Assembly (NCBI GenBank): GCA_963577695.1
Contig: CAUZAY010000002.1
Location: forward strand, 1 to 53,194
Length of the DNA stretch: 53,194 nucleotides
Direction: 5' to 3'
From: Vicinamibacteria bacterium
Lineage (GTDB): Bacteria; Acidobacteriota; Vicinamibacteria; Vicinamibacterales; UBA8438
Positions 15,709 through 25,880 of the stretch are shown here, piece after piece. The notes under the pieces are model-generated. The model searched no databases, was not told where the DNA came from, and saw only the letters and a program-made list of their open reading frames with translations. Made by a program: the position numbers and the translations under genes. The number at the start of each line of letters is the position of its first letter. Position 1 is the stretch's first letter.

Positions 15709-17214
15709 GTGACGGTGAGGAGCACGGCTTTGAAGCGAACAAGCGAGACACAGGTTCGATCGTTCGTGGTCTCGGCGACGGCCGCGCTCGCCATCGTGGT
15801 TGGCACGGCCGGCACCGAGGCCGGTGCGGCGGACAACTGGCCCCAGTGGCGCGGCCCGAACCTCGACGGCACGACGAACGAGACCGACTTGCCGACGACC
15901 TGGAGCGCAACAGAGAACGTCGCGTGGACGCTCGAGGTCGCGGACGGTTCGTGGACAGGCGCCACGCCGATCGTGTGGGAAGACACCATCTTCCTCAACG
16001 TGTCGTATCTCGAGCGCAGCGGCGGTGGGGGCTTCGGCGGGCGGGGACGCGGGCGCGGACGGCGGCGCGACGGCGGCGCCCCCGGTGGTGGGCGTGACCG
16101 TCCAGGTGGCGGCCCGCAGGGCGGAAGCGCCCCGCCTCCAGTGACACCGGTCGCTCGGGTCGAGACGCAGGCCGCGCAAACCGAGACTCGGCGCGTCGAA
16201 CTGTGGAGGGTCAATCGTCGCGACGGGTCGGTGGTCTGGAAGCAACATCTCAGCGACAACGACCGCCAGCAGCGCAAGCAGAACATGTCGTCTCCCTCGC
16301 CCGTGACAGACGGCGAGCACGTCTGGGTTATGACCGGGACCGGATGGCTGCGGGCCTTCGATTTCGACGGCAACGAGCGGTGGTCACGCAACATCTCGGA
16401 CGACTACTGGAGTTTTGGTCTGAACTGGGGGTTCGCGTCCTCGCCGCTCCTGCATGAGGACGGTCTGTACGTGCAGGTGCTCCACGGTATGCGCACCGAC
16501 GACCCCTCGTATGTCTTGCGTATCGACAAGATGACTGGGGAGACAGTGTGGATGGTCGAGCGCCCCACCGACGCGCAGCGCGAGTCGCCCGACTCGTACA
16601 CGACACCGGCCCTGCTGCAATACGACGGCACGACCGAAATTGTCCTCACGGGTGGTGACGTGGTCACGGGCCACGACCCCGAGACCGGCGCCGAATTGTG
16701 GCGCTCGAACGGTCTGAACCCGAGGAACAACGGCGCCTACCGACTCATCGCGTCGCCCCTGATCGTCGGCGAGGTCATCATCGCGCCCACCCGCGTACGA
16801 CCGATGCTGGCGCTGCAGGCCGGCGGCCGCGGAGACATCACGACCACGCATCGCATCTGGTCATTCGACGACGGTCCCGATGTACCGACCCCGGTCTCGG
16901 ACGGAGAGCTGCTCTATGTCGTGCAGGACAACGGCGTGGTCCACGCCGTCGACATGGCTACTGGAGAGACGGTGTACGGGGACCAGCGTATTGAACCCGG
17001 CACCTACAGCGCCTCACCGATTCTGGCTGACGGCAAGATTTACGCAACCAGCGAAGACGGGGTGACCACCGTGTACCGGGCCGGGCGAGAATTCGAAATC
17101 CTCGCCACGAACTCGTTGCCTGGCTACACGCTCAGCACCCCATCGGTCTCGCAGGGGCACCTCTACATTCGGGCCGGGAGCACGCTCTACGCGATTGGCG
17201 GACAGGGGAACTAG
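15709..17214 (+). CDS. Exported PQQ-like (BamB/PQQ_2-type) beta-propeller repeat protein with a Gly/Arg-rich insertion
   Basis: 501 aa, GTG start, signal ...AIVVGTAGTEAGA followed by DNWPQWRGPNLDG. Repeated propeller blades. Low-complexity insert SGGGGFGGRGRGRGRRRDGGAPGGGRDRPGGGPQGGSAPPP at nt ~16012-16194. Confidence 0.8.
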   Translation: MTVRSTALKRTSETQVRSFVVSATAALAIVVGTAGTEAGAADNWPQWRGPNLDGTTNETDLPTTWSATENVAWTLEVADGSWTGATPIVWEDTIFLNVSYLERSGGGGFGGRGRGRGRRRDGGAPGGGRDRPGGGPQGGSAPPPVTPVARVETQAAQTETRRVELWRVNRRDGSVVWKQHLSDNDRQQRKQNMSSPSPVTDGEHVWVMTGTGWLRAFDFDGNERWSRNISDDYWSFGLNWGFASSPLLHEDGLYVQVLHGMRTDDPSYVLRIDKMTGETVWMVERPTDAQRESPDSYTTPALLQYDGTTEIVLTGGDVVTGHDPETGAELWRSNGLNPRNNGAYRLIASPLIVGEVIIAPTRVRPMLALQAGGRGDITTTHRIWSFDDGPDVPTPVSDGELLYVVQDNGVVHAVDMATGETVYGDQRIEPGTYSASPILADGKIYATSEDGVTTVYRAGREFEILATNSLPGYTLSTPSVSQGHLYIRAGSTLYAIGGQGN

Positions 17215-17250
17215 TCCCCAATGCTCGCAGGGTGGGAGTGACGGGAACGT

Positions 17251-18669
17251 CTACGACTCGGACAGCGCGAACAGCTCGCTGATGCTGTTGATGAACAGCG
17301 TGCCATTGGCCGCGATCGGCGCCCCATAGATGGCGCTCCCGAGGTTTGGCTCGGCCAGTCTCTCGAGTTCGCGGCCCGCCCGAAGCACGACGACGTCGCC
17401 GTCTTCGTCACCCAGATAGACCTTCCCATCGACGACCAACGGTGAACCCCAGACCGCCGCGAACGTGTCATGCACCCATACTTCTTCGCCCGTGGCGACG
17501 TCGAGACAGTGCAGGTAGCCGCTGAAGTCGGCCACATAGAGCAGTCCCTCGTCGATGGCGACCGTTGACAGCGAGCGGCGGATGTTCTCCGTCCGCCACA
17601 CCAGTCCGGACTCGCTGATGTCGCCGCGCTGCGTCCCATCGATGGCATGGAGGCGGCCAGCGCCCTCGCCACTCTCCGGGTCCTGTCCGTTGGCGATGAA
17701 GACCGTATCGTTCCAGATCACCGGCGTGGCAATGACGTTGTTCCGCGTCAGGGGCCACTCTGCCTCGATCGGATTGGTGTCGAACTCCCAGAGGGTCGCC
17801 CCATCGGTGACATCGAAGCCGCGCACCCAACCGTCGCCCTGGCCGATGACCACCTGAGCCACCCCGCCGATCTCGGCCACGGCCGGAGACGACCACTGGC
17901 CGTGCAGAATCCATTCCCCGACCGACGCGGCCCGCCACATGAGGTCGCCGGTGTGTCTGTTCAGCGCGATGAGGTCCGGAGCCTCCGGCGACGGCACGGA
18001 GCCGTCCTCGTCCTGACCGTTGGAGGTATTGACGATGACCAAATCGCCATACACGGCCGGCGCGCTGCTGCTCATGTTGTGGGGAAACACGCCAAGTTCC
18101 CCGATCATGTCGTAGGTCCAGACCACATCGGCATCGGTCCGGCCGTCGCGCACCTCGCCGGTGAACGGTCCATCGTTCTCCGTATCGAGAAATCCGTCGG
18201 TGTCGAGCGCGACGACCTCGCCGCGGTTGCTGACGTAGTAGAGCCGGTCGCCGTGGACGCTGGGCGACGAGCAGACACCCTGGAAGGGCCAGTCGTTCGC
18301 CTCGCCGGCAGACAGCTTGTCGTGCGCCATCTGCCACAGGAAGGAGCCGTCCGACTCGCGGAACGCCATGAGGATGCCCTTGTCCTCGACGACGTCAGAA
18401 TCGCGTGGATGGTCGTTGTTGGTGCCGACGAAAACCTTGCCGTCGGCGACGACCGGATTGCCCGAGGTCATCGCCCCCAGAGCCGCCACCCACTTCACGT
18501 TGGTGCCCGAGGCGACATCCCAGTCGGCCGGGATCCCGGTCTCCACCGACACCATGTTGCGAGACAGCGTCCCGCCCCACATGGGCCAATCGTCACCGGC
18601 GACCAGCCCTGCGGACGGCAGGCCGTAGACCACCAACGCGGCGACCAGGGCCGAGCGCCGTTTCACCAC
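17251..18669 (-). CDS. Exported PQQ-like beta-propeller repeat protein
   Basis: 472 aa, GTG start. MVKRRSALVAALVVYGLPSAGLVAG then DDWPMWGGTLSRNM. Propeller repeats throughout. Confidence 0.8.
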   Translation of the reverse strand: MVKRRSALVAALVVYGLPSAGLVAGDDWPMWGGTLSRNMVSVETGIPADWDVASGTNVKWVAALGAMTSGNPVVADGKVFVGTNNDHPRDSDVVEDKGILMAFRESDGSFLWQMAHDKLSAGEANDWPFQGVCSSPSVHGDRLYYVSNRGEVVALDTDGFLDTENDGPFTGEVRDGRTDADVVWTYDMIGELGVFPHNMSSSAPAVYGDLVIVNTSNGQDEDGSVPSPEAPDLIALNRHTGDLMWRAASVGEWILHGQWSSPAVAEIGGVAQVVIGQGDGWVRGFDVTDGATLWEFDTNPIEAEWPLTRNNVIATPVIWNDTVFIANGQDPESGEGAGRLHAIDGTQRGDISESGLVWRTENIRRSLSTVAIDEGLLYVADFSGYLHCLDVATGEEVWVHDTFAAVWGSPLVVDGKVYLGDEDGDVVVLRAGRELERLAEPNLGSAIYGAPIAANGTLFINSISELFALSES

Positions 18670-18690
18670 AGGTCAGTGCGCCCGCGGGCC

Positions 18691-19680
18691 CTACTTGGCG
18701 ATGGCCGCGTCTTCGGCGCGTCCACCCGAGAGGATGCCCTCCATGCCCGTGTTGCCTTCGTGACACGCATACTCGTAGATCAGGTCGGACATCTGCGTGA
18801 ACGGGTAGTTGACGGTCCACGGTCGCGTATACATGGTGGGATCAGTCACCTCGACCTCATACTCGAGCGTGTCTGGGGCCACCCGGGTGAAACGCTCCAC
18901 GAGCGTCAACCCCTCTCCCGAGCCTTGGTGCGAGCTGAACACCGACCAGGGCTGCAGGGCACTCACGCGACCATCCAGGTTCGCCGTCTCCACCACCAGC
19001 GTGTCGCCTTCCCAATGCCCACGAGACAACCCGTTCCATTGGGTGATCTTATCGGAGACCTGCGGGCGCCCGTCCAGCGGCACGACGCGAACTTCGTGAA
19101 CTTGTTCGATCAGCATCACCACAACCCCTGGCGCCTGAAACACCTGTATGTTGTTGTTGTACGACCGGGGAAACATGGCGTTGGGCATCCCGCCGCGGGT
19201 GACGCACCGCTCCCAGATATGCCGATCCTCCCAGGTATCGTCCTTCTCCGCACCTCCGGGAGCCTTGAGCTGGGTCTCGCTGTGCCATTCACCCGTGGGC
19301 GTCAACGGTGGAAACTTACCGTCCGGCGGATCGACAATCATCGATGTGCGGTTCGTACGGGCGCCCCGATCCATCCAAAAGTTGTTGTACGCGCCGGGGT
19401 TGGTACTCACCTCGGTCCGCTGCGCCGGTGCGTTCAGTAACTCCAGGTCGCGCGCGGCGGTCCGGGCCCGAATCGACGAGACTTCTTCGTCGGTCAACAG
19501 CTCACGCCCCTGCAAATCGTCAGGCCGCTCCATCGGCGTGGCGCCCGACGAGGTCCAGGTGCCCTGCAAATCCGGATCGCCCCACGGGGTCGACTGTGCG
19601 GCGGCCGAAGTCTCCACCGCGACCGTGGCGACGAGCGCCATGACGGGAACAGCGATTACACGAAGTCGTCGATCGATCAT
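18691..19680 (-). CDS. Exported hypothetical protein (conserved-looking, no family named)
   Basis: ORF 18691..19737 trimmed to ATG 19678-19680 (RBS GAGGAG). Signal MIDRRLRVIAVPVMALVATVAVETSAAAQ. Lies 21 nt upstream of, and co-oriented with, the 17251 propeller gene. Confidence 0.6.
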   Translation of the reverse strand: MIDRRLRVIAVPVMALVATVAVETSAAAQSTPWGDPDLQGTWTSSGATPMERPDDLQGRELLTDEEVSSIRARTAARDLELLNAPAQRTEVSTNPGAYNNFWMDRGARTNRTSMIVDPPDGKFPPLTPTGEWHSETQLKAPGGAEKDDTWEDRHIWERCVTRGGMPNAMFPRSYNNNIQVFQAPGVVVMLIEQVHEVRVVPLDGRPQVSDKITQWNGLSRGHWEGDTLVVETANLDGRVSALQPWSVFSSHQGSGEGLTLVERFTRVAPDTLEYEVEVTDPTMYTRPWTVNYPFTQMSDLIYEYACHEGNTGMEGILSGGRAEDAAIAK

Positions 19681-19818
19681 CTGAAATCTCCTCAGGCCCG
19701 CCGGCGTGCAGGGCGCGTGTATCGTGAATTGTGACACAGCACGGTGGCACAGGCACCTGTCGAGGTCAAGGCGCGGTCCTCCGCGTGACTAGTGGTCGTT
19801 CGCGTCCAGCGTCCCGCC

Positions 19819-20379
19819 TCAGACCCCGCCCCGACGGCTGGCGGGTGGGGTCACGTCGTTGAGGCGCAGATACACGGCCATTTGTCCGTAGATGTCCATC
19901 GCATGGCTGAGCGTGAAGTACGCCATCTTCACTCGAGTGACGTTTCCCAGGTACCTCGGCCCGGCGACGGTCTCCAATAGCTGCTCGTCGGAGAACTCCT
20001 GCAGCACGGCGATGCCGTAGTCATACCCGACGCCGAGCGCCTCGAGCACCGCGGCCTTTGATGTGGCCGACAGCCCAAACACCGTAAAGTCGGTCGTGTC
20101 CACGTCCGGCGCCGCGGCGGCGCCACCCAGGTGTTGCATGAGATACACGTTCGCGCCCGCGATGTGCAGAATCTGCTCGGCGTAGGTGCGCTGCGCCTCG
20201 GTCGGCTTGAAGCTGAACGCCGCCTCCGGCATTGCCTCGGCGATCGCCATCATCGACCGTTTCTGTTGTTGCCAGTCGGTCAGCAGGTCTCCCGACACGG
20301 TCGCCGGTTGGGCCGCGGCATGGCCGAGGCCGAGCAGGACGAACATCACAACCGGAACGATCCAGGCAAAGATTTTCAT
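19819..20379 (-). CDS. DinB-superfamily protein with signal peptide
   Basis: Trimmed to ATG 20377-20379 (RBS GGAGGTG). [24 protein letters not shown]. The four-helix DinB-like pattern ([21 protein letters not shown]...[13 protein letters not shown]...[16 protein letters not shown]) is recognised by eye. Confidence 0.7.
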   Translation of the reverse strand: MKIFAWIVPVVMFVLLGLGHAAAQPATVSGDLLTDWQQQKRSMMAIAEAMPEAAFSFKPTEAQRTYAEQILHIAGANVYLMQHLGGAAAAPDVDTTDFTVFGLSATSKAAVLEALGVGYDYGIAVLQEFSDEQLLETVAGPRYLGNVTRVKMAYFTLSHAMDIYGQMAVYLRLNDVTPPASRRGGV

Positions 20380-20486
20380 CGCACACCTCCGTTCAGGAAC
20401 CATCATATAGGGGGAGTTTCGTGGAGACACGTCAAACCGCTCGGTCCCATGCCGGCGACCGATGTCCCTCTCCCCCGGAGTCCACC

Positions 20487-21509
20487 GTGATCCCGATCAT
20501 CGACTTGCGTTCCGACACCTTGACGCAGCCTACCGCGGCCATGCGCAGCGCGATGGCGCAGGCTCCGGTCGGTGACGATGTCTGGGGAGAAGATCCAACA
20601 GTGGCGCGACTCCAGGAGCGATCGGCGGATCTTCTGGGGAAACCGGCCGCGCTGTTCGTGCCCAGTGGCACGATGGCGAATCAGATCGCCCTGCTGGCGC
20701 ACTGCGACCGGGCTGACGAGGTGTTCGTCGGGGACGGCAACCATAGTCTGTACTACGAATCGGGCGCGGGACCAGCGTGGGCCGGCGTCACCTTCACCGT
20801 GGTCGGTCGCCACGGTCTCTTCACGGCCGAACAACTCGTGGACACCATCCGTCCGCGCGATCAGCATTTCCCCCGTCCGCGCCTGGTGACCATCGAGAAC
20901 ACCCACAACCGCTCCGGCGGTCGCGTATTCCCACAGAGCGACGTCGAGGCCATCGCCGAGGCGGCGCACTCCCGAGGGCTCTCCCTGCACCTGGATGGCG
21001 CGCGCGTCTGGAATGCGTCCATCGCCACCGGGACGCCACCGGCGACCCTATGCGGGCCGGTCGACAGCGTCAGCGCCTGTTTCTCGAAGGGTCTGGGGGC
21101 ACCGGTCGGGTCGGTGCTGGCGGGCGATAGCGACTTCGTCGCGCGCGCGCACCGCTATCGCAAGATGCTCGGCGGCGGCATGCGGCAGGCGGGCATTCTG
21201 GCCGGCGCGTGTCTGCATGCGCTCGACCACCATGTCGCGCGTCTGGCCGACGACCACGACAACGCGCATGCGTTGGCGCGAGCGCTGTCAGTCGTCGACG
21301 GGATACGCTGCGACCCGACCCAGGTGCAAACGAACATCGTGGTGTTCGAAGTGACGGGCCAGAGCGCCCCGGATTTCGTCGGGCTCGCGGCTGAGCACGG
21401 GGTCAAGCTCGCCGCGCTCGACCAGACCCACGTGCGCGCCGTCACCCATCTCGACGTCTCGGCCGCCGACACGCAAGAGGCCGCCCAGCGTCTGAGCACC
21501 GTCAGCTAG
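20487..21509 (+). CDS. ltaE: Low-specificity L-threonine aldolase
   Basis: ORF 20232..21509 trimmed to GTG 20487 (GGAG 6 nt upstream). [66 protein letters not shown] and [12 protein letters not shown] (PLP lysine region). Confidence 0.85.
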   Translation: MIPIIDLRSDTLTQPTAAMRSAMAQAPVGDDVWGEDPTVARLQERSADLLGKPAALFVPSGTMANQIALLAHCDRADEVFVGDGNHSLYYESGAGPAWAGVTFTVVGRHGLFTAEQLVDTIRPRDQHFPRPRLVTIENTHNRSGGRVFPQSDVEAIAEAAHSRGLSLHLDGARVWNASIATGTPPATLCGPVDSVSACFSKGLGAPVGSVLAGDSDFVARAHRYRKMLGGGMRQAGILAGACLHALDHHVARLADDHDNAHALARALSVVDGIRCDPTQVQTNIVVFEVTGQSAPDFVGLAAEHGVKLAALDQTHVRAVTHLDVSAADTQEAAQRLSTVS

Positions 21510-21559
21510 TGAAAGTGGATAGCCAGCGCCGGTTCGGCGTGGACAGGTTCGGAGACCCC

Positions 21560-22585
21560 ATGACTAGACGCTCCTCGATGTTCCGCGTGCTGACAAGCGT
21601 GGCCATCTGCGCGACGGCCGGTGTGCTGATCGCGGCACAGCCCACCACCGATACACACCGTTTCACCGAGATCAGAAACGGCATCTACCTCGCGCAGACG
21701 ACGGATCCCGTGTTCAACAGCAACGCGCTCGTGATCGTGAACGACGACGACGTCGTGCTGGTCGATTCGCACGTCACACCGTCCAAGGCGCGTGATCTGA
21801 TTGCGGCCGTCAAGACGCTCACACCCAATCCGATCACGGTGTTGATCAATTCGCACCACCATTGGGACCATGCCCACGGCAACCAGGAGTTCGAGGACAT
21901 CCCGATCATCGGGCACGAGTTCACCTACGCGACAATGTCCGCCGCCCCTCTCCAAGAAGGGACGTACACCCGCGGCCTGGCGGGGAACGACGCCCGGCTG
22001 GCTCGAATGAGGGCACAAGTTGCCGAGACCAGCGACGCGACTGAGCGGGCCCAGCTCGAGGCCGACCTCGAACTCTTCGCCGCGCACGTCAGGGACTTCG
22101 ACGAGATCGCGCCGGTTCCGCCCACGGTCACCATGAACGACCGGATGACCCTGCATCGCGGGAGTCGCGAAATCCAGATCCGGTTCCTCGGCCGGGCCCA
22201 TACGGGTGGCGACGTCGCGGTCTACTTCCCCGACGACAAGGTCGTGTTTACCGGTGACATGGCCCTGGGAGGACCGTCGTACCTGGGTGATGGATTCGTC
22301 GACGAGTGGCCCCAGACGCTGGAGAACCTCAAGGCGCTGGACTTCGATGTGTTCGTCCCGGGCCACGGTAGCGCCGTGACCGATCTGAACCGGATCGATC
22401 TCGTGCAAGCGTATTACCGGGATCTGTGGCAGAAGACGGCCGCGAAGCATGAGGCCGGCGTGAACGTGACGGACGCCTCGCAGACGATCGACCTGACGAA
22501 CCACACGTTGATCCCGATTCGCCAGGTCGGCGTCGACCCCCTGACGGTCCAACGAATCTACGACCGGCTGGAGAATCAGGACTAG
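21560..22585 (+). CDS. Exported MBL-fold metallo-hydrolase
   Basis: Trimmed to ATG 21560 (GGAG upstream). Signal MTRRSSMFRVLTSVAICATAGVLIAAQP. HxHxDH motif as INSHHHWDHAHGN. Confidence 0.8.
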   Translation: MTRRSSMFRVLTSVAICATAGVLIAAQPTTDTHRFTEIRNGIYLAQTTDPVFNSNALVIVNDDDVVLVDSHVTPSKARDLIAAVKTLTPNPITVLINSHHHWDHAHGNQEFEDIPIIGHEFTYATMSAAPLQEGTYTRGLAGNDARLARMRAQVAETSDATERAQLEADLELFAAHVRDFDEIAPVPPTVTMNDRMTLHRGSREIQIRFLGRAHTGGDVAVYFPDDKVVFTGDMALGGPSYLGDGFVDEWPQTLENLKALDFDVFVPGHGSAVTDLNRIDLVQAYYRDLWQKTAAKHEAGVNVTDASQTIDLTNHTLIPIRQVGVDPLTVQRIYDRLENQD

Positions 22586-22654
22586 CGGCCTCTGATAGGT
22601 GAGATCTCAAGCGGCCGGCGTTGAAGGTACTGGCGCAGGAGTTGGCGAAACCGA

Positions 22655-23365
22655 ATGAAATTGTCGATTCTTATTCCTGTTTTCAATGAAGAAAGCACCA
22701 TCGAAGAGCTAGTCTCTCGCGTGGTAGCCGTTCAATATCCATGCCCGTATGAAGTTGTTCTCATAGACGACTGCTCCCAAGACCGTACTGTTGAAAAACT
22801 TGAGCGCATCCAACGACAAGAACATGGACACCTGATTTCTGTCTTCCGAAACAATGTAAACATGGGTAAGGGCGCGGCCATTCGTCAAGGCATAAAGCAC
22901 CTTACAGGCGATATTGTCATTGTTCAGGATGCGGATAACGAGTATGACCCAGACGAAATCCAGAAACTCGTTGAGCCCATTTTGACAGATCAAGCCGACG
23001 CCGTGTATGGGAGTCGCTTCAAAGAGGCCTGGCGCCCAGAAGGCATGGGTTTCTTGAGTTGGGCCGCGAATCGCACGCTAACCACTCTGACCAACATTCT
23101 CTATGGCGCTAGTCTCACTGATATGGAGACGTGCTACAAAGCGGTCAGGGTTTCTCTAGTCAAGAAGATGGAACTGCGATGCAATCGTTTTGACTTTGAA
23201 CCAGACATCACCGCCCAACTCCTGAAAATGAAAATCGAAATTCTGGAGCTGCCGGTCACCTATCTCGGTCGATCGGCTGAAGATGGCAAGAAAGTCAAGG
23301 CCCGTGATTTCTTGCAAGCGGTGTGGGTACTATTGAGAGATCGATTTTCTAGAGTACAGAGTTAG
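22655..23365 (+). CDS. Family-2 glycosyltransferase (small soluble DPM1/GtrB-like type) on a low-GC islet
   Basis: 236 aa. LSILIPVFNEESTIEEL, VVLIDDCSQDRT, IVIVQDADNEYDP (DxD). Composition is visibly AT-rich (about mid-40s % GC by eye) against high-60s flanks. Confidence 0.85.
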   Translation: MKLSILIPVFNEESTIEELVSRVVAVQYPCPYEVVLIDDCSQDRTVEKLERIQRQEHGHLISVFRNNVNMGKGAAIRQGIKHLTGDIVIVQDADNEYDPDEIQKLVEPILTDQADAVYGSRFKEAWRPEGMGFLSWAANRTLTTLTNILYGASLTDMETCYKAVRVSLVKKMELRCNRFDFEPDITAQLLKMKIEILELPVTYLGRSAEDGKKVKARDFLQAVWVLLRDRFSRVQS

Positions 23366-23432
23366 TCAGCAAACACAAGGCACACGAAACGCCGGGGGGC
23401 CTCTGGCGCGGTTCCCTCCCGCTGTGCGCGCG

Positions 23433-25640
23433 TTACGGTAACGCGTAGGCCACCAGCGAGCCGGGAAAGTCGGTGTGGACGCTGCCGATCTGCACCACGA
23501 TGTACTGCGTGCCATCGTGCATGTAGGTCATCATGCCGTACTGACCGGGGGCCGGCAGCGGCACGCTGCCCAGAATCTCACCGGTCCGCTTGTCCCGACC
23601 ATGCAACTCCAGCGGCGCGTCGGGGACGATCTGGCGGACCCCTTCACTGAGCGCTCGAGTCTGCACCAGCAAGTCTCCCGCCACCATCTGTATCGACCAG
23701 CCGGCCCCACCGGCATTGGGAATGTCGAGTCCGCGCAGCCGTGGATGCCCCTTGATCACGGCCGCGGTTTCTCCCACCGGGAGCGACCAGGAGCGCTCGC
23801 CGGTGTTCATCTGATAGGCGGAGAGTTGGTTGTCCATCGGTTTGTAAATCCGCAGACCCTCGATCGTGGCCAGCCCGGTCGGCGACACGAACGGGTCCTG
23901 CTCGGCGGTGGGCCGTCTGGCTCCGCGCGGCAGCCAGGGCACCACCGTCGTCCCGGTCGTCGGGGTCTTGTTGGGAGTGGCCCCCCCGACGCCGGGGACG
24001 GCGTAGTTCGGGTCGTCTTGGTCTACGCCGTTGGTCGGCGCCATGAACGTCGGCGCGTTGCAGGTGCGGCGATGAGACGAGAACATCAACCCGGTGCTCG
24101 GGTCTGCCACCGGCGGATGCGGAATGATGTTACCGCCCCCCAGACAGCCCACGTTGTTGTAGAACGGGTTGTCGTGGTCCTGAGGCAGCGCCGGCACATA
24201 GAGGCCGCCCGCGCGGTAGTGACTCAAGATCTCCAGCGCCTCTTGCCTCATCTCCGGGGTGTAGTCGACGAGGTACTCCTCGGTCAGCCCGTCCCACACG
24301 ATCCGGTCCACCGGCTCCGGCTTGGTCGGATACGGCTGCATGGCCGAAGTGTAGTTGCCAGGCACCTCGGTCTGAATGACCGGGCGCTCCTCGATAGGCC
24401 AGATCGGCTCTCCCGTCTCGCGATTGAAGGCGAAGATCAACCCTTGTTTGGTGTTTTGAATCAGCGCCGGAATCTGTCGGCCATCCACCGTCAGATCCAT
24501 CAGCATGGGCGGGGTCGGCAGGTCGTAGTTCCACTGGTCGCTGCGATGAATCTGGAAGTGCCACCGGCGCTCGCCGGTCTGGACGTCCAGCGCCAGGACG
24601 GAGCCACCGAACAAGTTGTCGCCGGGGCGGTGGCCCGCGTACCCCTGCACGGTCGACGCGTTGGTCACGAGATACACCAGCCCCAGGTCGGGGTCGGCGG
24701 ACGCGGGGGCCCATGTCGACATGTCGCCGGACCACTGCCAGGCGTCGTTTTCCCACGTCTCATGACCGAATTCGCCTGGCCGAGGAATGGTGTGGAACTT
24801 CCACTTGAACGCGCCGGTCGCCGCGTCGAATCCCATGATGTCGCCAGGCACGTTCTCGATCCGGGTCTGGCCGTAGCTGGGCTGGTGCCCCACCAGCACG
24901 ACCACCACGCCGTTGACGACAATGGGCGGCGCCGAAGCGGTGACCATGCCGAGCTCTCTCGGGATGCCGTAATTGGCGTCGTAGCTCGCAGTACGGTCCT
25001 GCCATCGTCCCCAGTCCGACACGAGCGGTGGTATCAGGTCGAGGCCCCCCGAATCAGGAAAGCCATCCAGCGGCACCGCCGTCCCCCAGTTCTCGAGTGG
25101 TCGGCCGGTCTTGGCGTCGAGCGCCCACAGGAAGAACGCCGGACTCGTGACGAAAATCACCCCGCGGCCGTTCACCTCGGCGTAGGCGACGCCTTTCCCG
25201 TAGGCCTGCCGGGGAGAGCGGAGATGCCTGATGGTCTCGGGCTCGCGAAACGTCCAGAGCGTCTCGCCGGTGGCGGGCTCGATCGCCACCACCTGTCGCC
25301 GCGGCGAGGCCACGGTGTAGAGCACGCCATCGACGTAGATCGGGGTCGACCGGTTGAAGTAATCGATATTGGGACCGAAATTGTCGCCCCGCCAGAGCCA
25401 CGCCACTTCGAGGTCACCGAAGTTGTCGCCGTTGATCTGGTCCAGGGGTGAGGAACGCGTGTGCCCTGCATCGCCGCCCAGATAACGCCACTCCCCGTTC
25501 TCGGTCCCGGTCAAGCGCTGCGCGGACGCGGGCGCCGCCGTCACTAGCAGCAAGGCGGAGACGACGCCACACACACAGGTTCGCAGGACACTGTTCAAGC
25601 CACGTGTCCCTGGTTCGGTAGGCCGCTCAACTTTCGTCAT
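23433..25640 (-). CDS. Soluble PQQ-dependent quinoprotein dehydrogenase, divergent paralog D
   Basis: ORF 23433..26132 trimmed to ATG 25638-25640 (RBS GAGGGGA; alternative ATG 25673). Signal ...GVVSALLLVTAAPASAQ. WRYLGGDAGHTRSSPLDQI and PIWPIEERPV are present, but the HH-x-WDYD box is changed to IHRSDQWNYDLP and extra loops add ~80 aa. Confidence 0.85.
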   Translation of the reverse strand: MTKVERPTEPGTRGLNSVLRTCVCGVVSALLLVTAAPASAQRLTGTENGEWRYLGGDAGHTRSSPLDQINGDNFGDLEVAWLWRGDNFGPNIDYFNRSTPIYVDGVLYTVASPRRQVVAIEPATGETLWTFREPETIRHLRSPRQAYGKGVAYAEVNGRGVIFVTSPAFFLWALDAKTGRPLENWGTAVPLDGFPDSGGLDLIPPLVSDWGRWQDRTASYDANYGIPRELGMVTASAPPIVVNGVVVVLVGHQPSYGQTRIENVPGDIMGFDAATGAFKWKFHTIPRPGEFGHETWENDAWQWSGDMSTWAPASADPDLGLVYLVTNASTVQGYAGHRPGDNLFGGSVLALDVQTGERRWHFQIHRSDQWNYDLPTPPMLMDLTVDGRQIPALIQNTKQGLIFAFNRETGEPIWPIEERPVIQTEVPGNYTSAMQPYPTKPEPVDRIVWDGLTEEYLVDYTPEMRQEALEILSHYRAGGLYVPALPQDHDNPFYNNVGCLGGGNIIPHPPVADPSTGLMFSSHRRTCNAPTFMAPTNGVDQDDPNYAVPGVGGATPNKTPTTGTTVVPWLPRGARRPTAEQDPFVSPTGLATIEGLRIYKPMDNQLSAYQMNTGERSWSLPVGETAAVIKGHPRLRGLDIPNAGGAGWSIQMVAGDLLVQTRALSEGVRQIVPDAPLELHGRDKRTGEILGSVPLPAPGQYGMMTYMHDGTQYIVVQIGSVHTDFPGSLVAYALP

Positions 25641-25880
25641 TCGTCGTCCCCTCGTGCCTCTCGGCGGGTTCATGCCGATCCGAACTGTCTTCAAGATTCC
25701 TGGCACTGTCAAGGTCAGTCGTCGGAACTCACTGGCACCGAGCCGCAGAACCACTCCCTCGAGTGGTCCGCCCGGTGGCCAACGTCTTCCGTCGACCGTG
25801 GGATACTGAGCCGGTGATCCGAGCCTGGCCTCGCTGAGGCCAGCTCCAATTCCGACTTCCTTTACCGTAGCGACCTTCGC

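Noticed and set aside
16012-16194. GGC/CGG-rich tract as a DNA-level tandem repeat or array.
   Set aside because: There is no fixed repeat unit or spacer structure. It is a low-complexity coding tract inside an uninterrupted ORF.
21560-22585. MBL-fold protein as PqqB, which would supply a PQQ biosynthesis link.
   Set aside because: It has a clear signal peptide and a canonical HxHxDH hydrolase motif, and it stands alone without pqqA/C/D/E. It looks like an exported hydrolase rather than cytoplasmic PqqB.
22587-22594. The 8-bp GGCCTCTG direct repeat taken as proof of a target-site duplication for the GT2 islet.
   Set aside because: A GC-rich 8-mer recurring within two ~70-bp flanks is not far from chance expectation. 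It is kept only as a weak supporting observation in the islet finding.
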